From positions 3,906,001 to 3,970,000 of the forward strand of contig JANJGN010000036.1 in NCBI GenBank assembly GCA_026770705.1: a stretch of 64,000 nucleotides of DNA, given 5' to 3'. Shown here one piece after another: positions 38,901-52,107 of this stretch (its first letter is position 1; the number at the start of each line of letters is the position of its first letter). The DNA comes from Isurus oxyrinchus. Its lineage: Eukaryota. Made by a program: the position numbers and the translations under genes. The notes beneath the pieces are model-generated. The model was not told where the DNA came from. It saw only the letters and a list, made by a program, of their open reading frames with translations, and ran no database searches.

Positions 38901-39759
38901 CTTAACATATCTTCTTAATAAAGTATCGTTTTTGGAAAACTAAAGCTTTACACTGACTGCAGCCGTTTGCTGTCCAATGTGGCGGTATTTAGTGTTTATC
39001 GCAGTGTGAATCCCTGGGAACTGCAAATAGAGCACACGTCACGGATGAAGCCCGGGATCTTTCTCGGCAAAGACCACGGCCTCTCTTTCCATAGTTGCTT
39101 CACAAAGACACATTGCCGTATTTAATCTGCTCTCCGTTTAATCACAATCCGTTTTATTCATTTCCTCCCCTCCCTGCTCTTTGTTTATGAAATTTGTATA
39201 GTGTGTAAACTTTTGGACCTCTGAACCGAAACATTAAGTCAGTGGGATTCATAGAAAGACAAAGGGTAAGTCAGGTCATTAGAAGACAAAGACCTATCTT
39301 GTAAATGTCAAATATATGTGTAACTGTGGTGAGCAATTTACAAAATTGGAAGAAACTAATCTTAAGTAATGTCAGATACTAAGGGTCGCGTAATGCACGT
39401 TTACAAAGTTTCATGAATGAAGTGTAAGGAAAAAATGACTTACCTGAAACTCCCTCAGCCCCTGACAAAGCCCCATGTCCCCTGTCTGTCCAAGTTTTCA
39501 AAATCATTCGAAGTTTTGCACATGCGTTTGCAAGGTTTTATTCATTGGTTTTGGGCTCAATGAAACATTGTTCATTTCTGTATCCCCTCCTTGGAAAGTG
39601 CACCAGGTTTAGTCCACTTGAAATCAGTTGCGAGCGGAAAGTTGGCTGTTTGGCCGTAAACTGGCTGCTGAAATTTGGAAATTGCAGCGCAAATGTGGTG
39701 GATTCTTTGGCAAATTCTGTCTCCCCCACAATCCATCGGAGAGAGTCCATCCCAGGTTC

Positions 39760-39840
39760 CCATCTGCGATCCGACTTATTTTTTGATCCATTTTCCAATT
39801 CAGCAAACTTCAGGGAGGCATAGCGAGGTCATCCCCGAAA
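39760..39840 (-). pseudogene. Orphan type II terminal exon with YASL motif
   Basis: ttccag|FRG*PRYASLKFAELENGSKNKSDRR is homologous to D's terminal exon and has an in-frame stop. No upstream exons were found. Confidence 0.7.
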
Positions 39841-40073
39841 CTGGAATATATTTAAAAACAACATTAAAAGTACGGAAAAGACAGGTCAGATTATCTGTCC
39901 GAAATTTATCAAAGTCCTTCCAGGTTTTTCTAAGCGCCCTGTTAAACAATGTTCAACTCTATCTGCACGCTGAATTTCTGGCAGCGTTGATGTTCCTGCC
40001 ATTTGATATTGATCTGATCCTGCCAATTGGCGAAATCCTGATAATTTCTCCACTGCTCGGATATTAACTGCGG

Positions 40074-40092
40074 TCCGCCAGCAGAGGGAGGG
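40074..40092 (+). promoter_or_regulatory. Candidate CTCF site (duplicate)
   Basis: CCGCCAGCAGAGGGAG. Confidence 0.35.
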
Positions 40093-40374
40093 CTTGTATC
40101 ACTTTAATCAAAAGATAGGGAAACATTCTTGTGGAGAAGAGGATTTGACCCTTTTTAATTCATTCATTCATTCACCAAGAGACAAATGATCACACCACCT
40201 CTGCAGCTTCTGACATGACTTGTGGCTTTTCACCTCCTATGCCAAGTCAGTTCCAGAACTGATTTTATTTTTTGCCCCCGGAATGGTGTTCCTCTTTAGT
40301 CATTGATCTGAGTTTCTTTTGAAGTTTAATATTGACAGCGGAAGCTGCGCCAAGAACATACATGGCGACGCCCA

Positions 40375-40545
40375 TACGAACAAACACACACAAACACAAA
40401 CATACAGGCACAGTGACACACTGCGACACACACACGCGCACACACCACGACACACACACACAGACAGATGCACACACACAAACACACACACACAACGACA
40501 CACACACAGCGACACAGACAGAAATACACACAGCGAAACACATGC
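40375..40545. repeat. Degenerate (CA)n microsatellite
   Basis: Visible directly. Confidence 0.85.
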
Positions 40546-43500
40546 GAATGCATACAAGTAAACTTTGTGTTCTGCCACTCTATCGCCCCCGCCCCCATCA
40601 CCCCGCACCCAGCCACCAATGGGAATTGTGTCTCTGATCCACACAGTTAGATTCATAGAAATGTTACGGCACAGAAAGCGGCCACTTGACGCATGGTGTC
40701 TGCGCCGGCCGAAAATCAAGCCACTCAGCTCAATACCACTGGGCAGCATTTGGTCCATCACCCTGCAGCTTCTCGCACTTGAGATATCCAGACGCATTGT
40801 AAATGGGTTGAGGGCAATTGCCTCTACTACCATTTTCGGCAGTGAGTCCCAAACACCCACTACATTTTGGATGAATAAAACATCCTCATCTTACATTATT
40901 CCGAGCACCTCTATCAATTCATCAACCTCGTCATCTCCAAGGTTAACACTGCCCGTTTCTCCAATCTGTCCACGGAACTGAAGACCCTGGAACAATTTGT
41001 AACAATCTTCTCAGGAACCGCCCTGATGCCTTCCTAAGGTGTGGTGCCCTCAACTGCAGACAGTTGATACTGAACCAGTATTCTATAAAGGTTCATTGTA
41101 ACTTCCTTGCTTTTTTATTTTACGCCACTATTTATAAAGTCCAGGATCTCGTATGTCTTTAACAACTTATTGTCTCTATGTCTATGGAAGGATATAGTAA
41201 CAACTGAGAAACATCAGTCAAATAATGTGAGTAAATCTGATGCAAGACTGATGAATGGCCTTTATGTGTGTTAAAAAGCGAGATGGTAGAACAATGTTCT
41301 AAAAGGAGAGGCCTATCCCATATTTGACTCAAGTCACACGCTCACTGTGAGTATCCTCAGAGATATTGAGTGGTGGGCGTTTATAAAACACTTCTCATGA
41401 ATTTAAGCTATCCCAACGCACATTGCAGGCAAAGGAGCAGAGCTGATGCATAGTCGTTGTTGTTTAGACAATGGAGAAGCTAATTTCAGAGAGAGCTGTT
41501 GAGACAGATTCACAGCTCAAGAGTGAGATTGTGTTGTATATTTTTCATTGTTGACACTGAAATATACAGGTTGTACAGCGGCAGATGTGAGTGAAACCTT
41601 CCCTTTTACCTGTAATGCAATGGATATGTACAAGAACTGATTGCAAAACCTTATACTTATATAGCGCCTTCAACCACATTAAAGCGTCATAAGATGTTTC
41701 TCCAGAGCATCCTGGAGAAAAATTTCAGACCAAGAGATTAGGCTCAATGATCGGCTTCGTCAAATAAATTGGTGTTAGGGAGCATCTTTAATGAGGAAAG
41801 TGAAACAGAGATTTTGACGGGAAAAATTCTATAATTTTGGGTTTGGCAGCTCGAGCCATCGTTCGTTAACAATTAACACAGAATCACACAATGTGACGGT
41901 TAGGAAGGAGGCCATGCGTCTCATCGGGTCTGTACTGGCTCTCTTAAAGAGCTTTTGCGTACTCCCACTCCCCTGCATTATCTCTGGGATGCGATGATTA
42001 GAATTAGGGACCCTCAAGAAGACAAAATCGAAGGGGCACTCATATAGGATTATGGAACTGGAAGAGATTACAGTTTGGGAAAAGTCCTAGTTTCAAACTT
42101 CCCTTGTGTTTCGAACTGCTTATTATTTTCACTCTTGTAAAGGTATGAGACAACCGTTACATTTATGAGTGTTCTTCTCGCCCTAGATTCCCCAAGCAGT
42201 GGGTATAGTGTTTCTCGGCCCGCCCTATCAATTGTCATTATTTCTTAGAAAACTTTGATCAACTCACAGCTACGTCTCAATTCCAGGAATGAAGTGCGAA
42301 TTAGTTAATTGCGTTTGAAACATTCGGATCGACTTCAATTAGCCACGAAACTGAGTAAAGGATTTTTCAGTAATTCTCAAAGATTTGTTTTTGTGTTGTT
42401 TTAGGTAGGGCGAAGTGAGTTTGACGTTGAAATGAAATACTCAGTAATCAGTCAAATTCATTTTACTGAGGATTTGAGTGCTGGTGGGGTGCGGGGAGGT
42501 GAAATTCTCGATGTCTCCCCATTCCATCACTCTGCTCTCTCTCTCTTACTCTATTCATTAACAACACGGCAAAAAAATTATGTCATTTGAAAGCACATTT
42601 CAAGGAAGATTACACCCAGGCAAGTTGCATAGAGAGAGATAAAGTGACTTCGAGAGAGACACACAGGCACAGAAAGACAGGGGTGAATGTGGAATATACT
42701 TGCCTCCGCCGGCTTTCCAGCAATCCACACCAGAAACACATTGATCCCACCGTGACCCCATTCTCTGTGATATCGTGCGCGGCGCACGTGGCCTGCTCGC
42801 TGTTTTGTTCACTGAAATGAGTGACCTCACTTTAAAAATAAAAGATTTGCGAAAAAGAAGGGGCTGGCTTCAGTGGAATGACGGCAAAATAGAAACCGAG
42901 GTAACGAGGGAAAAACGGATGGGAAGGGGTTTGTTGGAGGCTTGGGTGGAAGGGAACTAGACACAAGTCCGTGGGTTGCCTTCCCATTGTGGTGATGTCT
43001 CTGGTGAGACAGCGAATTGGATGCTCCTGTACAAAACTTCCTCAGTTGCAATTTTTAATTCATTGCCTGCTCCTGGGCTTGGAATTAATTTCTAAATTCA
43101 AAGCACTGTAAAGGCTTGTTAGAATTCCTGAATAAAGGCTATGTTTTAGGCAAAGGGACAAAATGATCATTGAAATGTGTTTTCAGGAAGGCGAGAGATG
43201 TATTTGAATTCAGTTCATATTGTTTTCTGAAAAAACTTTGGGAAGGTTTTGCAAAAGGATCAGCGGCTCCTTCCCAGTTGGAAAGAGGGAACTTGCTCCT
43301 TTCTGGAGCCACTGGGGTTGCAGAAGCGGGAGTGTTGAAACCTGTAAAATATCACATTCTTGCAGTGGGATCTTGCTGTGCAAAAATTAACCACAGCCTT
43401 CCCTGCAGTGCAAACTTGACGACACTGCCCAGATTCAGTTTGCTGGGAATGTAAGTGTGAATTCTCAGTTTAAAACAGGGCTACAACGTCATGTATGTCA

Positions 43501-44734
43501 GCTAAAATGGTGAGACAGAAATTTCACAGAAGGCATTTCAATCAAGATTCATCCCGAGTTAGACAGAAGGAACTGACAAATGAATGGATGCAACGAAAGC
43601 AGCAGAAATGGAAAGATAAATAGAGATGGAGGCTGAACAGCGACAGAGGGGAGAGGAACAGCAAGGGACATGACGGTGCTAGATGTACACACAGCACCTA
43701 TCATCGACTGAGCAGGTACAGCTGGTAGCAGGGGGCCGGGGGTGTGGGGGAGGGGCTGTAGTGAATGGTAAAGGGATGAAAGAGAATCATAAGTGTCTAT
43801 CTGCTTTACAATGAGGCAGAAAATACACCTGGAGCTGGCCGGTTAATCACAGACGGAGAGATTAGGTGCCTGGGGGTGTTGGTGGGAGTGGGGGTGGGGG
43901 TACGGATCCAGTGTTTGTTTACAGTCCAGCCTCTGGACTAAAGGCCCCCGCCCCCACCATCCCCCTCTTCCAGTGTGTGTGATGTATATGAAAAATACTT
44001 TCTGGGGCAGTCATGAGACATTCACACTTTCATTTTATTTGTAATCTGTTCCAATTGTCTGGATTTAATTTCAGGGCATATGGTTTGAAATGGTAACTTC
44101 TGAGCTCATTTATGTCAGTGAGTGAGGGGAGTCCTGGGATCTTTCTGTGTCTTTTCGTTCTCAAAACCTTCGCTCTCTTTTAACCAATTTCAATTTCTCT
44201 CTCACTATCGCGCTGGGCTTATGTGGAAGCTGCAACTTTTGACAAGGAAAAGAGAGAATACTTTTCCCACCAGGAATCCCAGGACAAGAGCTTTAACAAG
44301 AGGACGAAATAATGATAAAGGCATATTGTCTCATTGTCACTCGTTTGCATATGCAGCTGAAATGCATCTTTAAATTAATCAGTGGTATGTTTACAATAAA
44401 GGGCAGTGTCTGCCGGGGTGCCAAGCAATGAGGGTGGGGTGGAGTGGTGTTGGGCTGCGTGGAGAAGGAAATCAGAGCTGAAGAGCTTGAGGCTCCCTGT
44501 TGCAGTATCCCAACGTAATCCCATGGATTTCAATCCCTCCATCTCTTCCAGCAACTCTGCACCTCCCTCCATATTCGTAGCTATTTCCCCACATCTTCAA
44601 ATTTATCCCTCTCTCCACATCCTTTACATCCCCGTCTCTCAAATATATATATATATAAATCTCTTTTTAAAAATATTTGCCTATTTACCCCCATTCTCTC
44701 TTTCCGAAACTTTGGCGCTCTATCTCCCTCCTTC

Positions 44735-45790
44735 TTGAGTGTTGTTGGAACTGCACTCATCCTGGCAACTGGAGAGTATGGCATCACACTCCCAACTTGT
44801 GCCTTTGAGATGGTGGACAGGCTTTGGGGAGCCAGGGGGTGAGTTACTCGGTGGAGGACTCCTAGCCTTTGACCTACTCTTGTAGCCACAGTATTTATAT
44901 GGCTAGCCCAGTTCAGTTTCTGATGAATGGCAACCCCAAGGATGTTGAAAGTGGAGGATTTAGCGATAGCAATGGCATTGACTATCAATGGGCCATGGTT
45001 AGATCATCTCTTGTTCGACATGATCATTGTCTGATTCTTGAGTGGCGTAAATGTCACCTCCCATATGTCAGCCCAAGCCTGGATATTGTCCAGGTCTGGT
45101 TGCATTTGGAAATGGGCTGTTTCAGATTCAGAGTTGTTGTGAATGGTGCTGAGCATTGTGCAATCATCAGCGAACATCCCCACTTTTGGCCTTATGATGG
45201 AAGGAATGTCATTGATGAATCAGCTGAAAATTGTTGGGCCGAGGACACTACTCTGTAAAATTCCTGCAGTGATGTCTTGGAGTTGTGATGACCAGCCTCC
45301 AACAACTACGACCATTGATATTTGTGCTCAGTATGTTTCCACCCAGCAGGAAGTTTTTCCCTTGATTCCCATTGACTCCAGTATTGTTAGGGCTTCCTGA
45401 TGCCACGCTCGGGCAAATGTTGCCTGGGTACCAAGGCCAGTCACTCCCCCATCACCTAGATGGCTCAGGTGTTTTGTCCATGTTTTAACCAAGGCTGTAA
45501 TGAGGTCAGGAACTGGATCCAGACTGACTGACAGTGATCAGGTTATAGCTAAGCAAGTGCCACTTGATAGCATTGTTGATTACCCCTTCCATTACTTTAC
45601 TATGGATGGAGATTAGACTGAAGGGGCAGTAATTGGCCGGGTTGGATTTGTCCTGCAATCTGTACTGGACATACCAATGATATCTTCTACATTGTCTGGT
45701 AGATGCCTCGGCTATACTATATTGGAGGAACTTGGCTATCCATGCAATTTCTGGAGCACATGCACAATTGTCGGAATATTGACAGCACTG
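44735..45790 (-). mobile_element. Degenerate LINE RT 3' fragment
   Basis: NPANYCPFSLISIHSKVMEGVIN; ILGVAIHQKLNWASHINTVATRVGQRLGVL. Confidence 0.75.
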
Positions 45791-47439
45791 CTTCACATCT
45801 TTCTGTTTGTGCCCATTTGTCTCTCCCTTTCTGTCATTTTTGATAACTGCATCACAGAATTTTCCACCCCTGCTCACACCTCTCGTTCCTCCCCTCCCTC
45901 TCTTCCATTAGACCTTTAGTTCGCTACTTCTTCATCTCTCTTTCTCTTTCTCAGTGTCTATCCTTCTCTCTCTCTCGGTATCTCTACTCCCAGTTTTTTT
46001 TTTTCCAGGTGTTTCACTCCCTTTTATTTCTCTGTTACTCTTAGTTCTGTCATTCTCCCTGGATTTCTCTGCTCTTTGTCCCTCTGGTTGTGGGAGAAGT
46101 AAATTCAGTGCCATGGTATTGTGTAGCTGATAAATGTATCTCAATCCTCCTGTTATCCATCTCCCCAAAGTTTTATACCCATTGAGTGGTAGCAACAGAA
46201 GCAGAGAGGTGAAAATGAGGGGCTGGTTCTCGAGCACCCGGGTGAGAAATTTTATCGAGTCAAGGTCTATCCCAGTGTTCTCTTTCTCTCTCGATGTGCC
46301 ACCTCATAGACTGTGTCTGCCTCACTTTCTAAAGGGGAATGTGGGTGGGGTGCCAAAAGGCAGATCAGCCATGACCTAATATTATAGCGAAAGTTTCAAA
46401 TGAGCAGAATGGCCTCCCCCTGCTTCTGTGCAAAGTTTGTGTCTGTATTTCTAATGTCCTCGGGAGGGCAATAGGAGTGGGGTTGAGGGGTGATCGGGGT
46501 GTGGGAGATGTGGTTGGTGTTGCTGGAGGTAGGGGCGTTGGTTGGTGATCACTAGGACAAGGATTTGATTATGATTTGGAGCCCAGGAAAGCGTTTTCCA
46601 CAAAGGACAGGAAAGATTGTCACCGCCTGAAGGATTATGCGTGAAAGGACATATATTGGGGGCGGGAGGAGGCAGGGAGTGGGTGGGGGGAAATTTTACA
46701 GTTGGCGGGAATTATACTGTGGGGGCGGGGGGCGGAGGGGGGGTAACTGAGAGCACTGTGCGACTTAATTCTCAAAACTGTTGGATTCCTTGATGCACCA
46801 GCAGTATTACTAAGGAGCAGGAAACGATCATCCCCAATTGCCAAAAACACAAAACATCCATTGTGTCTGTAACTAGAAGTCCAGTGGGTATATCTATACA
46901 ATTAGAATATTTACATTTAATAATGTCCATGATATGAAGTTACATTAGCCAGACAAAAAGTTGTGTAGTGATTTTTTTTAAAGCGTCTAATAGAAGGAAG
47001 GATTACATTAGCTGCTCGTTTTCAGAGGGCGGAGAAACATTTGCACGAGTTATGTCGCTATTTATTTACCCAATGTTGCTTTTTGTACGTTTCTCATAAA
47101 TAAGGAGCCATGCTCAATTTTAATTTGTTTATTTTGTCTAAATACCTTTGTTTTCGTTTCCCTTGAACTTTGATGAACAAATCAGTCAACTTTCAGACTT
47201 AGACAAAACCTTCAACGTTGCAACTTTTAACTGCAGAAAAGACGACATAATCTTTCCAATACCTGTTGTGTTTGTACTTTTTTTTTTCTCTTAAAGCAAT
47301 GTTTAAGCTTCTGTGTTTGCAAATTAACCTCATAGGGAAAGGGTCTTTAATATATATCTTTAAGCTGTAAAAGAAAACACTACTTTTTACACTCTAGTCA
47401 AATCAAAGCAGCTGCCTGAGGAATGTGCCATGCCTCTGA

Positions 47440-50100
47440 ACACAAACACACATACAAACTCAGTCATACACGCACACATTCACGAAAGAAATCATACAAA
47501 GATGCAGCCTCTCTCCTTCACACACACAGGCGCACTCACAAAGGCAGACACATACAAACACACACACACACATAGTTAGTCACAGACATAAACAGACAGA
47601 CACAGTCACACACATAAACAGACACACTTAGTCACACACACACACATAAGCACACACACACTTACAGTCACACACATGAACAGACACACACTTAGTCACA
47701 CATGCACACACACACAAACACACACACACACACAGGCAATATATATCCTTTAAAATTCTGAGCTGCACTTTGAAAAATAATTTTTTGACCATTTAACACC
47801 ATTGTGGAGTATGCTAGGTTTACAATTATCTATCGACTGTACTCCAAACTTGCCATCTCTTTCTGTTTCTATCGCGCTACCTGTGCATCTCTATCTATCT
47901 CCATGCCTCGTTTTCTCGTTATCCATGATCAGGAGAAACTTCTTTACTGAGGGTCTGCGGGGAATGTGGAACTCGCTCCCACAGGGTGTGGTTGAGTGAA
48001 TAGCGAAGATGCATTTAAGGGGGAAGCTGGATAAACACATGAGCGAGAAATCAACAGAAGGATATGTTGATAGGACTGAGATGAAGAGGTGGTTGAAGCG
48101 ATCTCATGTGGGGTATAAAAACTAGGATGGTGAAGTTAGCCGAATCGCCTGTTCCTGTGCTGTACGTTCTGTGTAACCCTTTGCAAGTTGAAACGAACCT
48201 ACATGAATTGCCATGTTCAGGGGCACCATGGAACTTGAGCGACATGAGCGAGAAATATTAACCTTAATATGAAAGCCCTGATATAATGAATTAGTGCCAG
48301 AATTGGTTCTGAGTTCAGGTGAGAATGTTGTGGCAGACTGTATATCAGAACTGCTTCTGCAGATGTGCTTGGCCGTATGTGACGACTAATCCAGCCAGGG
48401 GAAATCAGACAGAAGGACAGCGTGGTTGACAGCAGAGGCTCACTGATTATAGCCTGGCTGTTGCAGTGAACCAGCCAGAGGCACCTCTTTCACATACCAC
48501 TGCGATCGGAGTGTGAAAGGTACATCGAGTGGTGGAGGTCGCTGGCCTACATTCTGAAAAACTAGCACTTAACACGTAAAACAATGTCCCAGCCAGAGGC
48601 CCATGTGGTTTCCCTCGCTTCACAATTCAGGCGCTCACCGGCAGAACTGTCTGCAAAGTTGCGGCAGCATAACTCAATGTCCCAGATTCAATTCGCCGTG
48701 TTATTGGGTTGTTGGGTGTTTTTCGTGTTAAATTTATTCCTCTCCAAATTAAGCTTTATTTACAGAAACCAGAAACTACATAGACGTTTTTTTTCCATGA
48801 GATTTTATTTTTGAAGGTAGCAATTTGATTACCCACTTAAAGTCCAGGTCAATTTCCCTTTCAGTGCTTGAAATAACAACTCAGATCAATTTATTACACT
48901 CTTTCAAATTTCAGAAACAGTTATGCCTAGGCTTGTTGGCTTTAACTGTGATTTTATATCAGAGACACACAGGCTTACAGATAATGTCCACATATACAAA
49001 CACATACACACACATACACACAGAGTCAGTGACACACATAAAGGCAAACACACTTACAGCCACACACATAAACCGACACACACTCAGTCACACGCACACA
49101 CACACACATGGATTCAGTCACACACATAAACACACACACACTTTTAGTCAAACATATACACACACACACCATACATAAACCTTAAAATACTGAGCTGCAC
49201 TTTGACAAAATAACTTTTGACAATGTAACATTATGTTGAAAAATGTTAGGTTTAGAACTATCTGCTGTATCCCAAACTTGCCATTTCTTTTTGTTTCTTT
49301 CGTGCTATCTGTGCATCGCTATCTGTATCTATCGTTATCTATGGTCAGAAGAAACTTCTTTATTGAGGCAATGGGGAGAATGTAGAACGCACTCCCACAG
49401 GGAGTGGTTAAGGTGAATAGCGAAGCTGGATAAACACACGAGCGAGAAAGGAACAGGAGGATATGTTGATGGGGGATGAGTTGAAGAGGTGGTAGAAGCG
49501 ATCTCGTGTGGCGCATAAACACTAGCATAGGTCAGTTAGCCTAATGGACTGTTATGTGCTGCACTTTCATTGTAACCCTTTGCAAGTTCAAACGAACTGA
49601 ATTGCCATGTTCAGGGGCGGTATGGGAATTGGGCGACATGAGCGAGAAATATTCACCTTATTCTGAGAGACCTGATATAATGAATTAGTGCTGAATTGAG
49701 ATGAGAATATTGTGGCAGATTGTATATCAGAAATGCTTATGTAGGCATTCTTGGCCTTAAGTGACGACTAAGCGAGCCAGGGGAATTCAGACAGAATATC
49801 GCGAGGTTGACAGCAGAGGCTCACTGACTATATCCGCGGCTGTTGCTGTGAACCAGCCAGAGGCGCCTCTCTCGCACACCATTGCGTTTGGAGTATGAAA
49901 TGTGCATCGAGTGGCGGAAATCGCAGGCCTATATTCTGAAAACCTTGCGCTTAACTCGTAAAATAATACCTCAGCCAGAGGCCCCCTGTGGTTTCCCACG
50001 TTTCACAATTCAGCCTCTCACTTGTGAACTGTCTGCAAAGTTCCTGCAGCGAAACTCAATGTCAAACCGCAGGTACAAGAGCGTTTGTCAGAGGGCCAAT
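47440..50100 (+). repeat. Tandem direct duplication of ~1.4-1.5 kb units (~47440-48700 and ~48965-50100)
   Basis: Each unit has a CA-rich tract, ctgagctgcactttga, a LINE tail, ttgccatgttcagggg and the conserved element. Confidence 0.8.
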
Positions 50101-50139
50101 TCATAGAATCATAGGATGCTTACAACAAAGACACAAACA

Positions 50140-50142
50140 AAC

Positions 50143-50186
<44 letters not shown>
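50140..50186. repeat. (CA)n microsatellite
   Basis: Visible directly. Confidence 0.95.
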
Positions 50187-50188
<2 letters not shown>

Positions 50189-52107
50189 ACATTGCCCCCG
50201 GGTCAGGTATCTTCAAGAGAAACTGATTGAAAGTGTCTCTTCCACGTGACAGCGAGCCTTGCTTATCCGTATTGGTCGGTGTTTGAAAAGGATTAACTGA
50301 TGCCCAGTTTTTATTCCCAAATGTTGTGCCCCCATGATCGGGCTCAGGGGTATTACAGTGCACACACTATCTGCTCACAGGCAGCACTGAAACAACGCGC
50401 CAAGGCTGCCACTGCCCAGAAAAACAAGAGCAGCAGACACATAGGAACAGCAACACCTGCAAGTTCGACTCCAAGTCGCACAACATCCTGACTTGAAATT
50501 ATACCATCGATTCTTCACTGTCGCTGGGTCAAAAACGTGGAATTCCCTACCTAAGGGCAGTGTTGGTGTGACCACAGTACATTGGCTGCAGCGGTTAAAG
50601 GAGGCTAATAACAGATTGCAGACATTTAAAACAGAAATGACGTGGATTTTTTTTCTCTCAGATATTCGTGAATATTTGGAACTCTAGAAGGTGCACACAG
50701 GATTTTTAATGATCATGCCGGAGGTGAGAGGTTAAAACGATCAAGAAAGTCTGAACAGCCTGGGACCCCCTCTGGAAAAGAGGAGGCGAGGGGGGGAACT
50801 GATTCAGCTCTTAACATTGTTAACATTCTGACATTGTTGCAGACGGTAGAGGTAAAGAAAGCATTTTCATTTATGGCGACGGCAGAATTAAGTTTCACCA
50901 TTGGGAGATATTCACTAACAACACCAGTACGGAATTCAGGAGAAACTTCATTAGCCGAAGAGTGCGGAGAATCTGGGGCTCGCTATCTTAGAGAGTAATG
51001 GGGCTGAATAGCAGATATGCACTTCAAGGGGAAGCTGGATAAACCCATGAGGGAGAAAGGAATAGAAGCATGTTATGTGCTTGAGATGAAGAGGGGGTGA
51101 GTGGGGGCTCACGTGGAGCAAATACTCCTGCACAAATCCAGTTGAGCCAGTTCCTCTTCTGTAATTTCTATGTAAGTCAACAAACTATAACATCCAAGGG
51201 GCTGAACATGTATTGCTAAATAAAATGTCATCACTATGCAATGACATTTACAGTGAACTGTTATGGCGGACATGAGACTAGTCATTAAAATTCAAAACAA
51301 CCGCACGCCGTTCATCCCAAAATTCCCAGTCTCTGTGTAAAGCAGGTTGCAACAGAATCTTGAATAACCACTTCACAGAATAGATTGCACTCAGTAATAT
51401 TACATAATATTCTGTCTTCGTGGATTTCACCGTACAAGCCCTCGACCTATACAACCTAGAAAAAAAAGGACAGCAGATTTTTGGCAACACCAGCTGCTGC
51501 AAGTTCCTCTCCAACCCACACATCACACTGACTGGGAAATATATCGGCCTTTCCATCACTGTCACTGGATCGAAATCCTGGAACACTGAACATAAAAGCC
51601 TACACGAATGTGCCTACTCGACTTGAAATGCAACACCTCAAGAAGGCGTCTCATCACCACCTTTTCAAGGGGCAATTGAGGATAGGTAAACATTGCCAGG
51701 AACGCTCACACTTCTGGTAGGAAATAAAGAGTCTTAAACGTTAAGGGAAAATATTTTCATTCAGCACAATGACAAATGCAGGCATCCAAACCTTTTGTTT
51801 TCTGCATCCCTTTCGAGGCATTAGTAAAACTGTTTATTGATAGTCCGAATGGCGTCCTCCTGGGCCATAAACGACTCCATAACTTTTTACATTCTGGTAT
51901 TTGCAGGTGTTTAATCGCAAATATGTAAAATTCATGAGGTATGAGATCCATCAGCACACCGCACGCTAAATGGTTGATTCGTCATCGTTCCCACCTCATT
52001 TGAGAGTGCACCAACTAACTGGGAGTGAGCTCAGGTCAGTCTGTGGTCACTTCACCTGCAGGAACAGACTTGTAAGGGTGCAAATAGGGAGAACTCAGCG
52101 CGTCAAT

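Larger units (their letters stand above)
40070..44720 (+). repeat. Segmental duplication copy 2
   Basis: See copy 1. Interrupted by a CA microsatellite and a LINE-tail insertion. Confidence 0.8.

Noticed and set aside
40265-40981. Cys/Val- and His/Thr-rich ORFs (also at 20.2-20.6, 48.8-49.2 and 50.1 kb)
   Set aside because: Translations of CA/GA microsatellites.
52040-52070. RUNX/E-box/ETS-like motifs upstream of gene E
   Set aside because: Short motifs that are not conserved at the equivalent position in D; insufficient support.
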